DNA of 32,468 bases from a virus (Duplodnaviria; Caudoviricetes): positions 1 to 32,468 of IMG/VR virus record IMGVR_UViG_3300011445_000016, one strand, 5' to 3'. The position numbers were made by a program, and so were the translations under genes. The notes under the pieces were generated by a model. The model was not told where the DNA came from, did no database searches, and worked only from the letters and a program-made list of their open reading frames with translations. Shown one piece after another: positions 26,236 through 32,468 of this stretch (within the stretch, counting starts at the first letter, position 1; every line of letters begins with the position of its first letter).

Positions 26236-26341
26236 AAAAATCCCTTAATCGTTTGGCATTGCGTAGGAGCGGCCGCCCGATTAAGGGATTAAATATTTTT
26301 ATGTCTGTTCCGGCTCCTACCTCGTTACAAGTGTAAATATA
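26236..26341 (-). promoter_or_regulatory. Promoter plus structured leader upstream of the replication operon
   Basis: TATATTTAC -7-like box at 26341-26333; 13-bp stem AATCCCTTAATCG/CGATTAAGGGATT plus Us; GTAGGAGC/GCTCCTAC complementarity. Confidence 0.72.
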
Positions 26342-26357
26342 ATTCTTTTTTCATTAC

Positions 26358-26492
26358 CTACAAACTTTTTAATTCAAATTTATTGAAAATTATCTTATGA
26401 TATATCCGGTTAACATTTTCACGGTTAACGCCTTTTTTATAATAGTAGTTCATTACTATTTTAATCCGTTGTAAGTCGCTTAGTTTTGTCAT
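26358..26492 (-). CDS. Small hypothetical protein (44 aa, not in ORF track)
   Basis: MTKLSDLQRIKIVMNYYYKKGVNRENVNRIYHKIIFNKFELKSL*. Confidence 0.55.
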   Translation of the reverse strand: MTKLSDLQRIKIVMNYYYKKGVNRENVNRIYHKIIFNKFELKSL

Positions 26493-26503
26493 GTGTGTAA
26501 TTT

Positions 26504-26529
26504 AAAACAGCCTACGTTAATAGGCTGTT
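26504..26529 (-). terminator. Intrinsic terminator after the SSB gene
   Basis: AACAGCCTA-TTAACG-TAGGCTGTTTT. Confidence 0.65.
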
Positions 26530-26536
26530 GGTTAGT

Positions 26537-26905
26537 TTAAAATGGCAAATCATTTGAATCGTCTTGTTTAATTTCTTTTGCATCAAAATACGCATCAACC
26601 GCGCTTTTTGGATCAAATGTTGGAGCTTCAGATTCTGTTTTTTCAATTTTCCATCCTTGTATCTGATTAAAATACTTTATTTCTCCTGAAGGACTAACCC
26701 ACTCCCTACCTCGTAAATTCAATTGTATCTTAACCGATTCGCCTACTTTGTAAGAATCTAATAAACCGCATTTATCCTGGTTAAATTCAATTAGAATATG
26801 CTGCGGATATTGCTCATTGGTCGTTACTATTAATTCACGTTTTTTAAATGTAGCACTCACGTCTTGAGTTGCATTGATAACTTTAATCTTTCCTGTAATT
26901 TCCAT
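26537..26905 (-). CDS. DUF3127-family single-stranded DNA-binding protein
   Basis: MEITGKIKVI, FKKREL, QYPQ.I..EF.QDK, NLRGREW, YFN.I.GWKI and an acidic tail ending DLPF. Confidence 0.88.
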   Translation of the reverse strand: MEITGKIKVINATQDVSATFKKRELIVTTNEQYPQHILIEFNQDKCGLLDSYKVGESVKIQLNLRGREWVSPSGEIKYFNQIQGWKIEKTESEAPTFDPKSAVDAYFDAKEIKQDDSNDLPF

Positions 26906-26909
26906 GTTA

Positions 26910-27443
26910 TTATTTTAAAGTTGTTTTTAATTTTTCTTTCAAGTCAAATACTGCTGTACTTGGTATTTTAATTGCTGAATAAACCTTTTTAAGTTCGTCT
27001 AAAGTAGTACATGAGTTTAAACGGTTAATATTCCTGTCCTCTTCGCTGTGTGTTTGTTGTTCGGTCTTTAAATTACTGCTAGCGTTCCCATCATCATCCA
27101 CAGCACCTACGCAAAGAAGTGATTGTAAGCCGTAACGTCTTGCATAAGTAAGTCCTGAGCCTTGACTTTGTGCATCGTTTTGCTTTGATACAACGACTTT
27201 TGTAACGCTTTCAATAGTTTCCCCACTTTCATGTAAAAGAAGCGTTTTAACGTACATTTCACCGTTTATCTCAATCATAGGCTGTAACACTACAATCTTG
27301 TTTTCGTTTAGTGCAGGTATAACAGCTTCACGGATTGCGTTTAAATCGGCATAACTATTTTTAAGAAATGGATTCTTTGCGTTTTTCTTTGCATTGCTCA
27401 TTTGTGACTGAGCGGTTATTAATGCTAAAGCGATATTTTTCAT
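26910..27443 (-). CDS. erf: ERF-family single-strand annealing protein
   Basis: KNPF.K.SYADL, TLLLHESGE, Q..GS.LTYARRY.L......DDDGN motifs. Confidence 0.92.
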   Translation of the reverse strand: MKNIALALITAQSQMSNAKKNAKNPFLKNSYADLNAIREAVIPALNENKIVVLQPMIEINGEMYVKTLLLHESGETIESVTKVVVSKQNDAQSQGSGLTYARRYGLQSLLCVGAVDDDGNASSNLKTEQQTHSEEDRNINRLNSCTTLDELKKVYSAIKIPSTAVFDLKEKLKTTLK

Positions 27444-27655
27444 TTGTGTCTTTTATTAAATAGATAAGTTTGTAAATCCTTTTTCGCTTTTGATTCAGCT
27501 TTCTTTAGTAGAATATAGTTAGGATCATCCTTATTGCTTTCGTACTCATTTGATTCCCTTTTTTCCACATGCAAAAACTGCTCACGTGTTACCCAGTGCA
27601 ATGCGTTAAAATCCTCTTCCCGCATTATTAAAAACATTTCACCGGAGGCACTCAT
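27440..27655 (-). CDS. Hypothetical protein
   Basis: 71 aa with ATGA overlaps at both ends. Confidence 0.75.
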   Translation of the reverse strand: MSASGEMFLIMREEDFNALHWVTREQFLHVEKRESNEYESNKDDPNYILLKKAESKAKKDLQTYLFNKRHK

Positions 27656-27819
27656 AACACTTCCACGTTTATAACTTCCATTGCTTCCAAAGTTAATTTA
27701 AGTAAGATTGTAGCCTCTTTTAGTTTTTCATTAACTTCCTTTAGTTGATTTTCTAAAGCTTCGATTCTCATTTTCTGATATGCTTCTAAATGAGATAGTT
27801 CTTTTGTTGTTGTTTCCAT
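27652..27819 (-). CDS. Small coiled-coil protein (55 aa, not in ORF track)
   Basis: METTTKELSHLEAYQKMRIEALENQLKEVNEKLKEATILLKLTLEAMEVINVEVL*. Confidence 0.7.
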   Translation of the reverse strand: METTTKELSHLEAYQKMRIEALENQLKEVNEKLKEATILLKLTLEAMEVINVEVL

Positions 27820-27829
27820 ACTTTTATGT

Positions 27830-27970
27830 TTAATTGATTAGTAATTGAATGATTAATGCGATTGCTGAAACTACTGCAAGAGTAGTAAATATCAATCTTT
27901 GTTTTCGGGTTTTTGCGTTTAGTTCAAATAAGATGAACCAAAAAAATAACGCTAAGTTTAATGCTATCAT
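27830..27970 (-). CDS. Small two-helix membrane protein (46 aa, not in ORF track)
   Basis: MIALNLALFFWFILFELNAKTRKQRLIFTTLAVVSAIALIIQLLIN*; ATGA overlap with the upstream gene. Confidence 0.6.
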   Translation of the reverse strand: MIALNLALFFWFILFELNAKTRKQRLIFTTLAVVSAIALIIQLLIN

Positions 27971-28143
27971 AATGCGTATATTAAATTACTTAATTCTAGT
28001 TTTGCTTTTTTACGGATGATATAAGAATCATCTGTTTCTTTTGATCTACCGAAAACGATTTCCATTTCATCGATTTGGTTAATAAGTTCGTTTAGATGTT
28101 TCAACTTTGAAACTGTGTCTACCGGGATAATTAAGTCGTTCAT
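27967..28143 (-). CDS. Small hypothetical protein (58 aa, not in ORF track)
   Basis: MNDLIIPVDTVSKLKHLNELINQIDEMEIVFGRSKETDDSYIIRKKAKLELSNLIYAL*; TAAAATT-ATG start just after a promoter motif. Confidence 0.7.
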   Translation of the reverse strand: MNDLIIPVDTVSKLKHLNELINQIDEMEIVFGRSKETDDSYIIRKKAKLELSNLIYAL

Positions 28144-28165
28144 AATTTTAATGTTTTAAATGTTT

Positions 28166-28190
28166 TGTAAAGATAGTGTTTATTTTTATA
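28166..28190 (-). promoter_or_regulatory. Repeated phage promoter motif
   Basis: TATAAAAATAAACACTATCTTTACA, identical to 23182-23206. Confidence 0.75.
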
Positions 28191-28199
28191 CTGACAAAT

Positions 28200-28583
28200 T
28201 TATTTTAATGTATTTATATCAATTGCCAATCCTTTTTCAATCAATCCGAAAACGTCGAAATGCCACTTTAATAATACCTGCATTTCCCAATATTTAAAAT
28301 CTGAATAAGGATTAATTTTTTCTTTTCTGTAATCTTGGTAATTAATGATAATTCTAGTTTCTGCATCAAATAAAGTAAAATCAAGCTTTTCGCCGTTACA
28401 TTCAACTTCTTTTGTAAGGTCTGAAATAGGCCGTAAAATCGGTTTTAATTTATGTAAAGTATTACACATTAAACTAAGTTCAAAAGGCGTTAATTCAATG
28501 CTTTTAATAGGTGAATAAAATTCGCTTTTCACAATTAAATTATAAGGCAAATAAGGGGCTAAGTGTTTTAACTCTAATTCCAT
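28200..28583 (-). CDS. Conserved Bacteroidota-phage hypothetical protein
   Basis: LELKHLAPYLPY.L, KPILRP.SDLTKE, LLKWHFDVFGLIEKGLAIDINTL pattern. Confidence 0.8.
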   Translation of the reverse strand: MELELKHLAPYLPYNLIVKSEFYSPIKSIELTPFELSLMCNTLHKLKPILRPISDLTKEVECNGEKLDFTLFDAETRIIINYQDYRKEKINPYSDFKYWEMQVLLKWHFDVFGLIEKGLAIDINTLK

Positions 28584-28588
28584 AATAT

Positions 28589-28831
28589 TTATTTTAGGTT
28601 AATTAATGCCATTTCGACAAGTTCATCAATAAATGAATCTGTTAAATTATCAATCATTTCAACGTCGTTAATTTTAATCGAATGAACGTCGAATGATGCA
28701 GATGCTTCCGGGGAACCCCCTTCATTAAACACATAACTGCCTTTGCAGTATGGAGAATAATAACCTTCTAAGTCAAACTCAAGTGTTTTTTTATCTGACA
28801 AATAAAGTACTGTTGTTAGTGTTGCTTTCAT
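28589..28831 (-). CDS. Small acidic hypothetical protein
   Basis: 80 aa, first gene after a promoter motif. Confidence 0.7.
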   Translation of the reverse strand: MKATLTTVLYLSDKKTLEFDLEGYYSPYCKGSYVFNEGGSPEASASFDVHSIKINDVEMIDNLTDSFIDELVEMALINLK

Positions 28832-28852
28832 AATGAAATATTTTAAATTCCC

Positions 28853-28877
28853 TGTAAAGATAGTTGTTATTTTTATA
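28853..28877 (-). promoter_or_regulatory. Repeated phage promoter motif
   Basis: TATAAAAATAACAACTATCTTTACA, two mismatches to the 25-mer at 23182 and 28166. Confidence 0.72.
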
Positions 28878-28925
28878 GTAAATAATTTATTCGATGAACG
28901 GCACTAAATTTTAACATATAGACAC

Positions 28926-28957
28926 AAAAAAGCCGGGAAGTATGAGAAACCCGGCTT
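28926..28957 (-). terminator. Intrinsic terminator ending the lysis operon or candidate sRNA
   Basis: AAGCCGGG-TTTCTCATACTT-CCCGGCTTTTTT. Confidence 0.85.
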
Positions 28958-29029
28958 AATCAACTAAATCTTAAAAACATGAAAACATTTAAACCAAAAA
29001 TATTATTATGAAACATTAAACAAGTACCC
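28926..29029 (-). ncRNA. Candidate antisense small RNA (3' region of the lysis operon)
   Basis: U-rich non-coding stretch with three anti-ATGA motifs; 24 of 25 nt complementary to the pentapeptide gene 5' UTR; ends in a terminator. Confidence 0.4.
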
Positions 29030-29488
29030 CTAAATGCTTAATGGTTTAGTAAATTTACGAAAATAAATGTAAATAGCAACTATTATTATAATAAAAAATA
29101 GAAATAAAAAGAAAAAAGCCCCTAAGCCCAGTAAAACAAAGAGTTTTGTGTTATCACTTTCTTTGTGTTTTACATCCTCATTAATCTTTTCAGCAACTTT
29201 TTCTTTTATGAATACCGTGTCTTTTGAGTGAGTGAAGATAGTTTCTTTGTTGTTTATTACGCGCGTGTTAATTATCGTATCACGCCCGATAATCATAGGC
29301 TTAGTGTTATCGTATGGTTCGTATGAAAATAATTCCTTAAAAGCTGTTGTATTCGTTTCTGTACCGGATGCAGTTTCTTTTTCTGATTCCTTTGATGTTG
29401 ACTTTCTGCTTTTGTACTTTTCAATTGAGCCGCACGAATTTAAGATAAGAAAAGACAGGATTAAGACAGGATTAAGATAGGATTTCAT
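29030..29488 (-). CDS. Putative unimolecular spanin (lipoprotein with C-terminal transmembrane helix)
   Basis: Lipobox LILNS|C near the N-terminus, long hydrophobic C-terminal helix followed by RK; ATGA-coupled to the endolysin. Confidence 0.65.
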   Translation of the reverse strand: MKSYLNPVLILSFLILNSCGSIEKYKSRKSTSKESEKETASGTETNTTAFKELFSYEPYDNTKPMIIGRDTIINTRVINNKETIFTHSKDTVFIKEKVAEKINEDVKHKESDNTKLFVLLGLGAFFFLFLFFIIIIVAIYIYFRKFTKPLSI

Positions 29489-29997
29489 ATATTAGGATAT
29501 ACAATGTTATTCTCGATAATGATATTATGCTTATCAACTTGCGATTTTAATTCACGCCATGTGTAACTTTGTCCGTTTGGCTTTTTTAATTGGAAATGTG
29601 GTTGATCTGGAAAACTTTTCCAATCTCCGCCATGTTCCCAACCTTTTGATTTAAAGTATGTAACTACTTCCATCCAATCGGACTGCCTATCTTTGTCAAA
29701 GTCCTTAACCGTATCCCAGCTTGCAGCTTCAAAAGTGCCATCGTTATTCGCATCGATCAATAGCACAATATCAAACGCAAGCCCGTAGCAATGGATTGAC
29801 TGCCACGCATCGGCATTGGTTACTTTGGGACGTTGTTTAAATAATGCGTGCTGTTCTTCCGGTGTTCTGAATACATAAGCGAAACGCAATCTAACCCCTT
29901 CACCTAATAAAGCATTTGCCTCTTTATATTGTTGTAAAAGTGATTCCCTAATTTTAGGGTGCGCTTTTGCGATTCTTTCAATAGTGACTTTATCCAT
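29485..29997 (-). CDS. Endolysin, peptidase M15 (L-Ala-D-Glu peptidase-like)
   Basis: RT.EEQ.ALF.Q, VTNA...QS.H.YGLAFD, GW.HGGDW..F.D.PHFQ. The likely start is MDKVTIERI at 29997. Confidence 0.92.
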   Translation of the reverse strand: MDKVTIERIAKAHPKIRESLLQQYKEANALLGEGVRLRFAYVFRTPEEQHALFKQRPKVTNADAWQSIHCYGLAFDIVLLIDANNDGTFEAASWDTVKDFDKDRQSDWMEVVTYFKSKGWEHGGDWKSFPDQPHFQLKKPNGQSYTWRELKSQVDKHNIIIENNIVYPNI

Positions 29998-30205
29998 TAT
30001 TCTCTGTTTTTGTTTCGTCTGCTTTTGATTTAGTAGTTGAACTTCCAAAGTAATAACCCACGACCATCGACATTAATCCTACTACTGCCATTTTAACGTC
30101 CGTAGCTGAACTTTCTTTATCCAATAAATACAATCCACCTACAATTATCATTATTGCGGAAATACCCTGTATATTAGCTTTTGCAATTGCTTCTTTATAG
30201 TTCAT
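29990..30205 (-). CDS. Putative holin (two transmembrane helices)
   Basis: Two hydrophobic helices and a VVGYYFGSS motif; adjacent to the endolysin. Confidence 0.6.
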   Translation of the reverse strand: MNYKEAIAKANIQGISAIMIIVGGLYLLDKESSATDVKMAVVGLMSMVVGYYFGSSTTKSKADETKTENNG

Positions 30206-30564
30206 TATTTATTAGGTTTAAACATATTACTAATCCAGGAAAATAAACCATCAAAGAAAGCAGTTAAAAATATATCCACATTGAATTTATATATTACAAA
30301 TTCCGCTATTTTATCCGATATGATAGCCACAAAAGCAATAGCAATACTTTGATACTGTAACGGTATTTCACCCTGAACAAATCCGCTTGACAAATAAGCC
30401 CCGCCAACTCCGACAAACATCGATAGGCATACATTAAAAATACTCACTTTCGTAGAATCCTTTTTCATTTCAATCGCTATTTTCATTCCTACACCTATAA
30501 AAGCCGGAAATATTATTTTAAGAATAAATTGCAGTAATTCACTCTCTAGTATTTTTGTCGTCAT
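30205..30564 (-). CDS. Holin-like membrane protein (about three TM helices)
   Basis: Hydrophobic segments and lysis-cassette position. Confidence 0.55.
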   Translation of the reverse strand: MTTKILESELLQFILKIIFPAFIGVGMKIAIEMKKDSTKVSIFNVCLSMFVGVGGAYLSSGFVQGEIPLQYQSIAIAFVAIISDKIAEFVIYKFNVDIFLTAFFDGLFSWISNMFKPNK

Positions 30565-30850
30565 TTCGTAGTATTTTGATTACCCAAACTACGGGTAAAG
30601 ATAAGGCAAAAATCAATTCGTTTAACTGCAATTTTGTTGCATCAAAAAAAAATTCATCTGCTAAGTTATTAATTGACAGCATCAACAACAACCAACAGAT
30701 GAAAGATTTTTTGTTTTTTAAGTAAATGTATACTGATAACAGCAGTATAAAAATAGACATACCAATATAAAAAGCGCCTTCTGGTAAAAACTCCCAAAGG
30801 TTAAAAGTAAGTATCGAAATTATAACCGCTATGTAAAGTATCTTTTCCAT
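30539..30850 (-). CDS. Four-helix membrane protein in the lysis cassette
   Basis: Very hydrophobic 103-aa ORF with a polar NNLADEFFFD loop. Confidence 0.7.
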   Translation of the reverse strand: MEKILYIAVIISILTFNLWEFLPEGAFYIGMSIFILLLSVYIYLKNKKSFICWLLLMLSINNLADEFFFDATKLQLNELIFALSLPVVWVIKILRNDDKNTRE

Positions 30851-30979
30851 TTACCTGTCTTTTGGTCGTCCCCCTACAAGTTCAAGTCCTGCCTCTTCTA
30901 AGATAATTGACGCAGCTTCTAAAGCTATAATTTCTTCCGGTGTAGCTTCGCGCCCTACAACTAAATATTTGAAATTCAT
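30851..30979 (-). CDS. Small peptide (42 aa, not in ORF track)
   Basis: MNFKYLVVGREATPEEIIALEAASIILEEAGLELVGGRPKDR*; its stop abuts the next ATG. Confidence 0.7.
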   Translation of the reverse strand: MNFKYLVVGREATPEEIIALEAASIILEEAGLELVGGRPKDR

Positions 30980-31028
30980 ACATGTAAGTTTTTATTCCTA
31001 CTAAGATAATAAAAAAATACATATGAAT

Positions 31029-31063
31029 AATAAACCCCTCAATTAAGAAGGGTTTATTTTTTT
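31029..31063. terminator. Probable bidirectional terminator
   Basis: AATAAACCC-CTCAATTAAGAA-GGGTTTATTTTTTT. Confidence 0.7.
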
Positions 31064-31064
31064 G

Positions 31065-31253
31065 CTACTCAACACTATATCCTTTTTCTTCTAAAAATAC
31101 TTCAATCATCTCGTATAACGACTGCAAGTTACGCATATAAGACAAGTCTTTTTCTGCGTGTTTATCTTTTATACAGTGCATCATATCAAACATCATATCC
31201 ATTGCCACAGCTTCCGAAGGTTTAACCGGAAACTTCTCAAAAAACTTGTCCAT
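31065..31253 (-). CDS. Small helical hypothetical protein
   Basis: 62 aa, Met-rich, co-transcribed with the upstream gene. Confidence 0.7.
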   Translation of the reverse strand: MDKFFEKFPVKPSEAVAMDMMFDMMHCIKDKHAEKDLSYMRNLQSLYEMIEVFLEEKGYSVE

Positions 31254-31260
31254 CGTGAAA

Positions 31261-31923
31261 TTACTTTACGTTGGTTTGCTGGTTTGCCTGGTTTCCCGAA
31301 GCTGCCATTGTACCAAAGTTAATAACGTCGTTACTGGTTTTGTTGATCTGATTAGATAAAAAATCAAATCTTCTGTCAAGTGCTGCACGGTCTAAAATTT
31401 GTTGTTGTTGTGCTTGTGCTTGTGCTTGACTAACTGTGATTGTAATATCACTTTTGTCAGCGTGTCTGTGAGCAGTGTGTAATTGATCTCTTAACGCATC
31501 AATTTCAGTTTGATTAATCTTAGCTAAAATAGCTGCTGTCTGAGCAACGGAAGCCGCTTCTAATTCGTCAAATCTGCGATCAGCTACAATAGCTAAAGCA
31601 GTTGCCTGGTCTTTTATTGCATGAGTGTTGTTTGATGCTTGTATAGCTGCTGCGTAAAATTGCTGTAAATTGGTTTTTTCCGCATCGCATACTTGCATTT
31701 GAATTGCTCTGGCTTCTGCTACAGATACATCTTTGGAATTTCCAATAGCAGCCAATAAAACAGCTTGACCTTGACAGTCATCGTCTTTTTTACGTCCTGT
31801 TATATCACCAATTCCCAATAATCCTAAAAGTCCGAAAGTACCAATGCCCCCGCCTAATCCGCCAAAACCACCGCCAATACCTGAGCCAATAGCATTATAT
31901 TCACTCGCGTTTGATAAACTCAT
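31261..31923 (-). CDS. Gly-rich hydrophobic N-terminus plus long Ala/Gln coiled-coil protein, function unknown
   Basis: GSGIGGGFGGLGGGIGTFGLLGLLGIG followed by a heptad-like Ala/Gln helix. The likely start is MSLSNASEY at 31923 (TAAAATT-ATG context). Confidence 0.8.
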   Translation of the reverse strand: MSLSNASEYNAIGSGIGGGFGGLGGGIGTFGLLGLLGIGDITGRKKDDDCQGQAVLLAAIGNSKDVSVAEARAIQMQVCDAEKTNLQQFYAAAIQASNNTHAIKDQATALAIVADRRFDELEAASVAQTAAILAKINQTEIDALRDQLHTAHRHADKSDITITVSQAQAQAQQQQILDRAALDRRFDFLSNQINKTSNDVINFGTMAASGNQANQQTNVK

Positions 31924-31955
31924 AATTTTAGATTTTAAATTAATAATATCCAAAA

Positions 31956-31978
31956 TTAACACTAACTTAGTATGTTAA
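31956..31978. promoter_or_regulatory. Palindrome between divergent genes; overlapping divergent promoter boxes or operator
   Basis: TTAAC-ACTAA-C-TTAGT-AT-GTTAA gives TAnnTTAGT on both strands. Confidence 0.5.
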
Positions 31979-32011
31979 GGTTGTGATTGTTAACTACTTA
32001 TATATCACTAC

Positions 32012-32245
32012 ATGAAATATAAAAAAGAATTAAGCTGTATACTGGTGGCTATTGGAAGGAATGTAAAAAGGTTAAGGTTAGAGAAAGGATTAACTCAACA
32101 AGATTTAGCCTTCGAATGCGATATGGATAAAAGTACAGTATCTAACATTGAACGGTTTAATTTAGATAATATAACAATAGGCACACTAGTGAAAATGTGC
32201 CTAATATTAGAATGCAATCTGATCGAATTATTTAAAATTCTTTAA
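32012..32245 (+). CDS. XRE-family helix-turn-helix transcriptional regulator
   Basis: IGRNVKRLRLEKGLTQQDLAFECDMDKSTVSNIER...TLVKMCLILEC. Confidence 0.92.
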   Translation: MKYKKELSCILVAIGRNVKRLRLEKGLTQQDLAFECDMDKSTVSNIERFNLDNITIGTLVKMCLILECNLIELFKIL

Positions 32246-32345
32246 TGCTTTTTTTGCAGTGATCTTTTTCTATTTTACCTAAGATAAAACAAATTACTTT
32301 TCCGGTTTTGCTGAGTGTATTATCCCTTTCGTTTTTACCCAAAGC
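32232..32345 (-). CDS. 3' part of the junction-spanning gene that starts at 207
   Basis: In-frame continuation ...ALGKNERDNTLSKTGKVICFILGKIEKDHCKKSIKEF*; TAA at 32234-32232, convergent with the XRE gene. Confidence 0.85.
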   Translation of the reverse strand, partial: ALGKNERDNTLSKTGKVICFILGKIEKDHCKKSIKEF

Positions 32346-32468
32346 TGATGATATAGTTTCGTTTTCATTCCCGAATTTATAACCTGATTCAACTTTTAAA
32401 TACTTATTCCATGTAGCACGAAATTCTCTATTTGCAAACTTATCTATATTGATCGCAGTTTCTTTGAA
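32346..32468. repeat. Terminal direct repeat, right copy
   Basis: Identical to 1-123. Confidence 0.97.

Noticed and set aside
28942-29019. Plus-strand mini-genes starting at the three ATGs
   Set aside because: The frames are only 3-10 codons long and the adjacent terminator has its U-tract on the minus strand.
709-29480. Other short plus-strand ORFs in the track (e.g. 709-900, 1374-1622, 9096-9287, 18556-18864, 21089-21376, 29232-29480)
   Set aside because: All lie opposite well-supported minus-strand genes and show no recognisable motifs.
32346-32468. 123-bp repeat as a true physical terminal repeat or att site
   Set aside because: It falls in the middle of a coding sequence and is most simply an assembler overlap on a circular or permuted genome.
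1-32468. Stop-codon reassignment, tRNA genes or introns
   Set aside because: The standard code gives dense, intact ORFs, the gaps are filled by small genes or regulatory elements, and no cloverleaf or split gene was evident by eye.

Overview
This window looks like a complete, circularly assembled ~32.3 kb tailed dsDNA phage genome. Bases 1-123 are repeated exactly at 32346-32468, and a 106-aa gene runs in frame across the junction. The host is most likely in the Bacteroidota (Flavobacterium-like), judged from low GC, TAnnTTTG-like -7 promoter boxes, A-rich starts without a Shine-Dalgarno site and a DUF3127-type SSB. Nearly all genes are on the minus strand; the one convincing plus-strand gene is an XRE-type HTH regulator. 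Modules in transcription order: a Gly-rich/coiled-coil cassette; lysis (peptide, three membrane proteins, M15 endolysin, u-spanin-like lipoprotein); early genes with ERF and SSB; replication (initiator with internal repeats, primase-helicase, SNF2-methyltransferase fusion); accessory genes (pentapeptide-repeat protein, outer-membrane beta-barrel); terminase; siphovirus-like tail; HNH; head; portal; tail fibre and LamG protein. I saw no integrase, DNA polymerase, tRNA or CRISPR array. The most striking unexplained structure is non-coding. Three promoter-proximal leaders with unrelated sequence share a 'small hairpin loop pairs with terminator loop' architecture. A candidate small RNA at the end of the lysis operon is antisense to the translation starts of several early genes. 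All protein family calls are from motif recognition by eye, not database searches.
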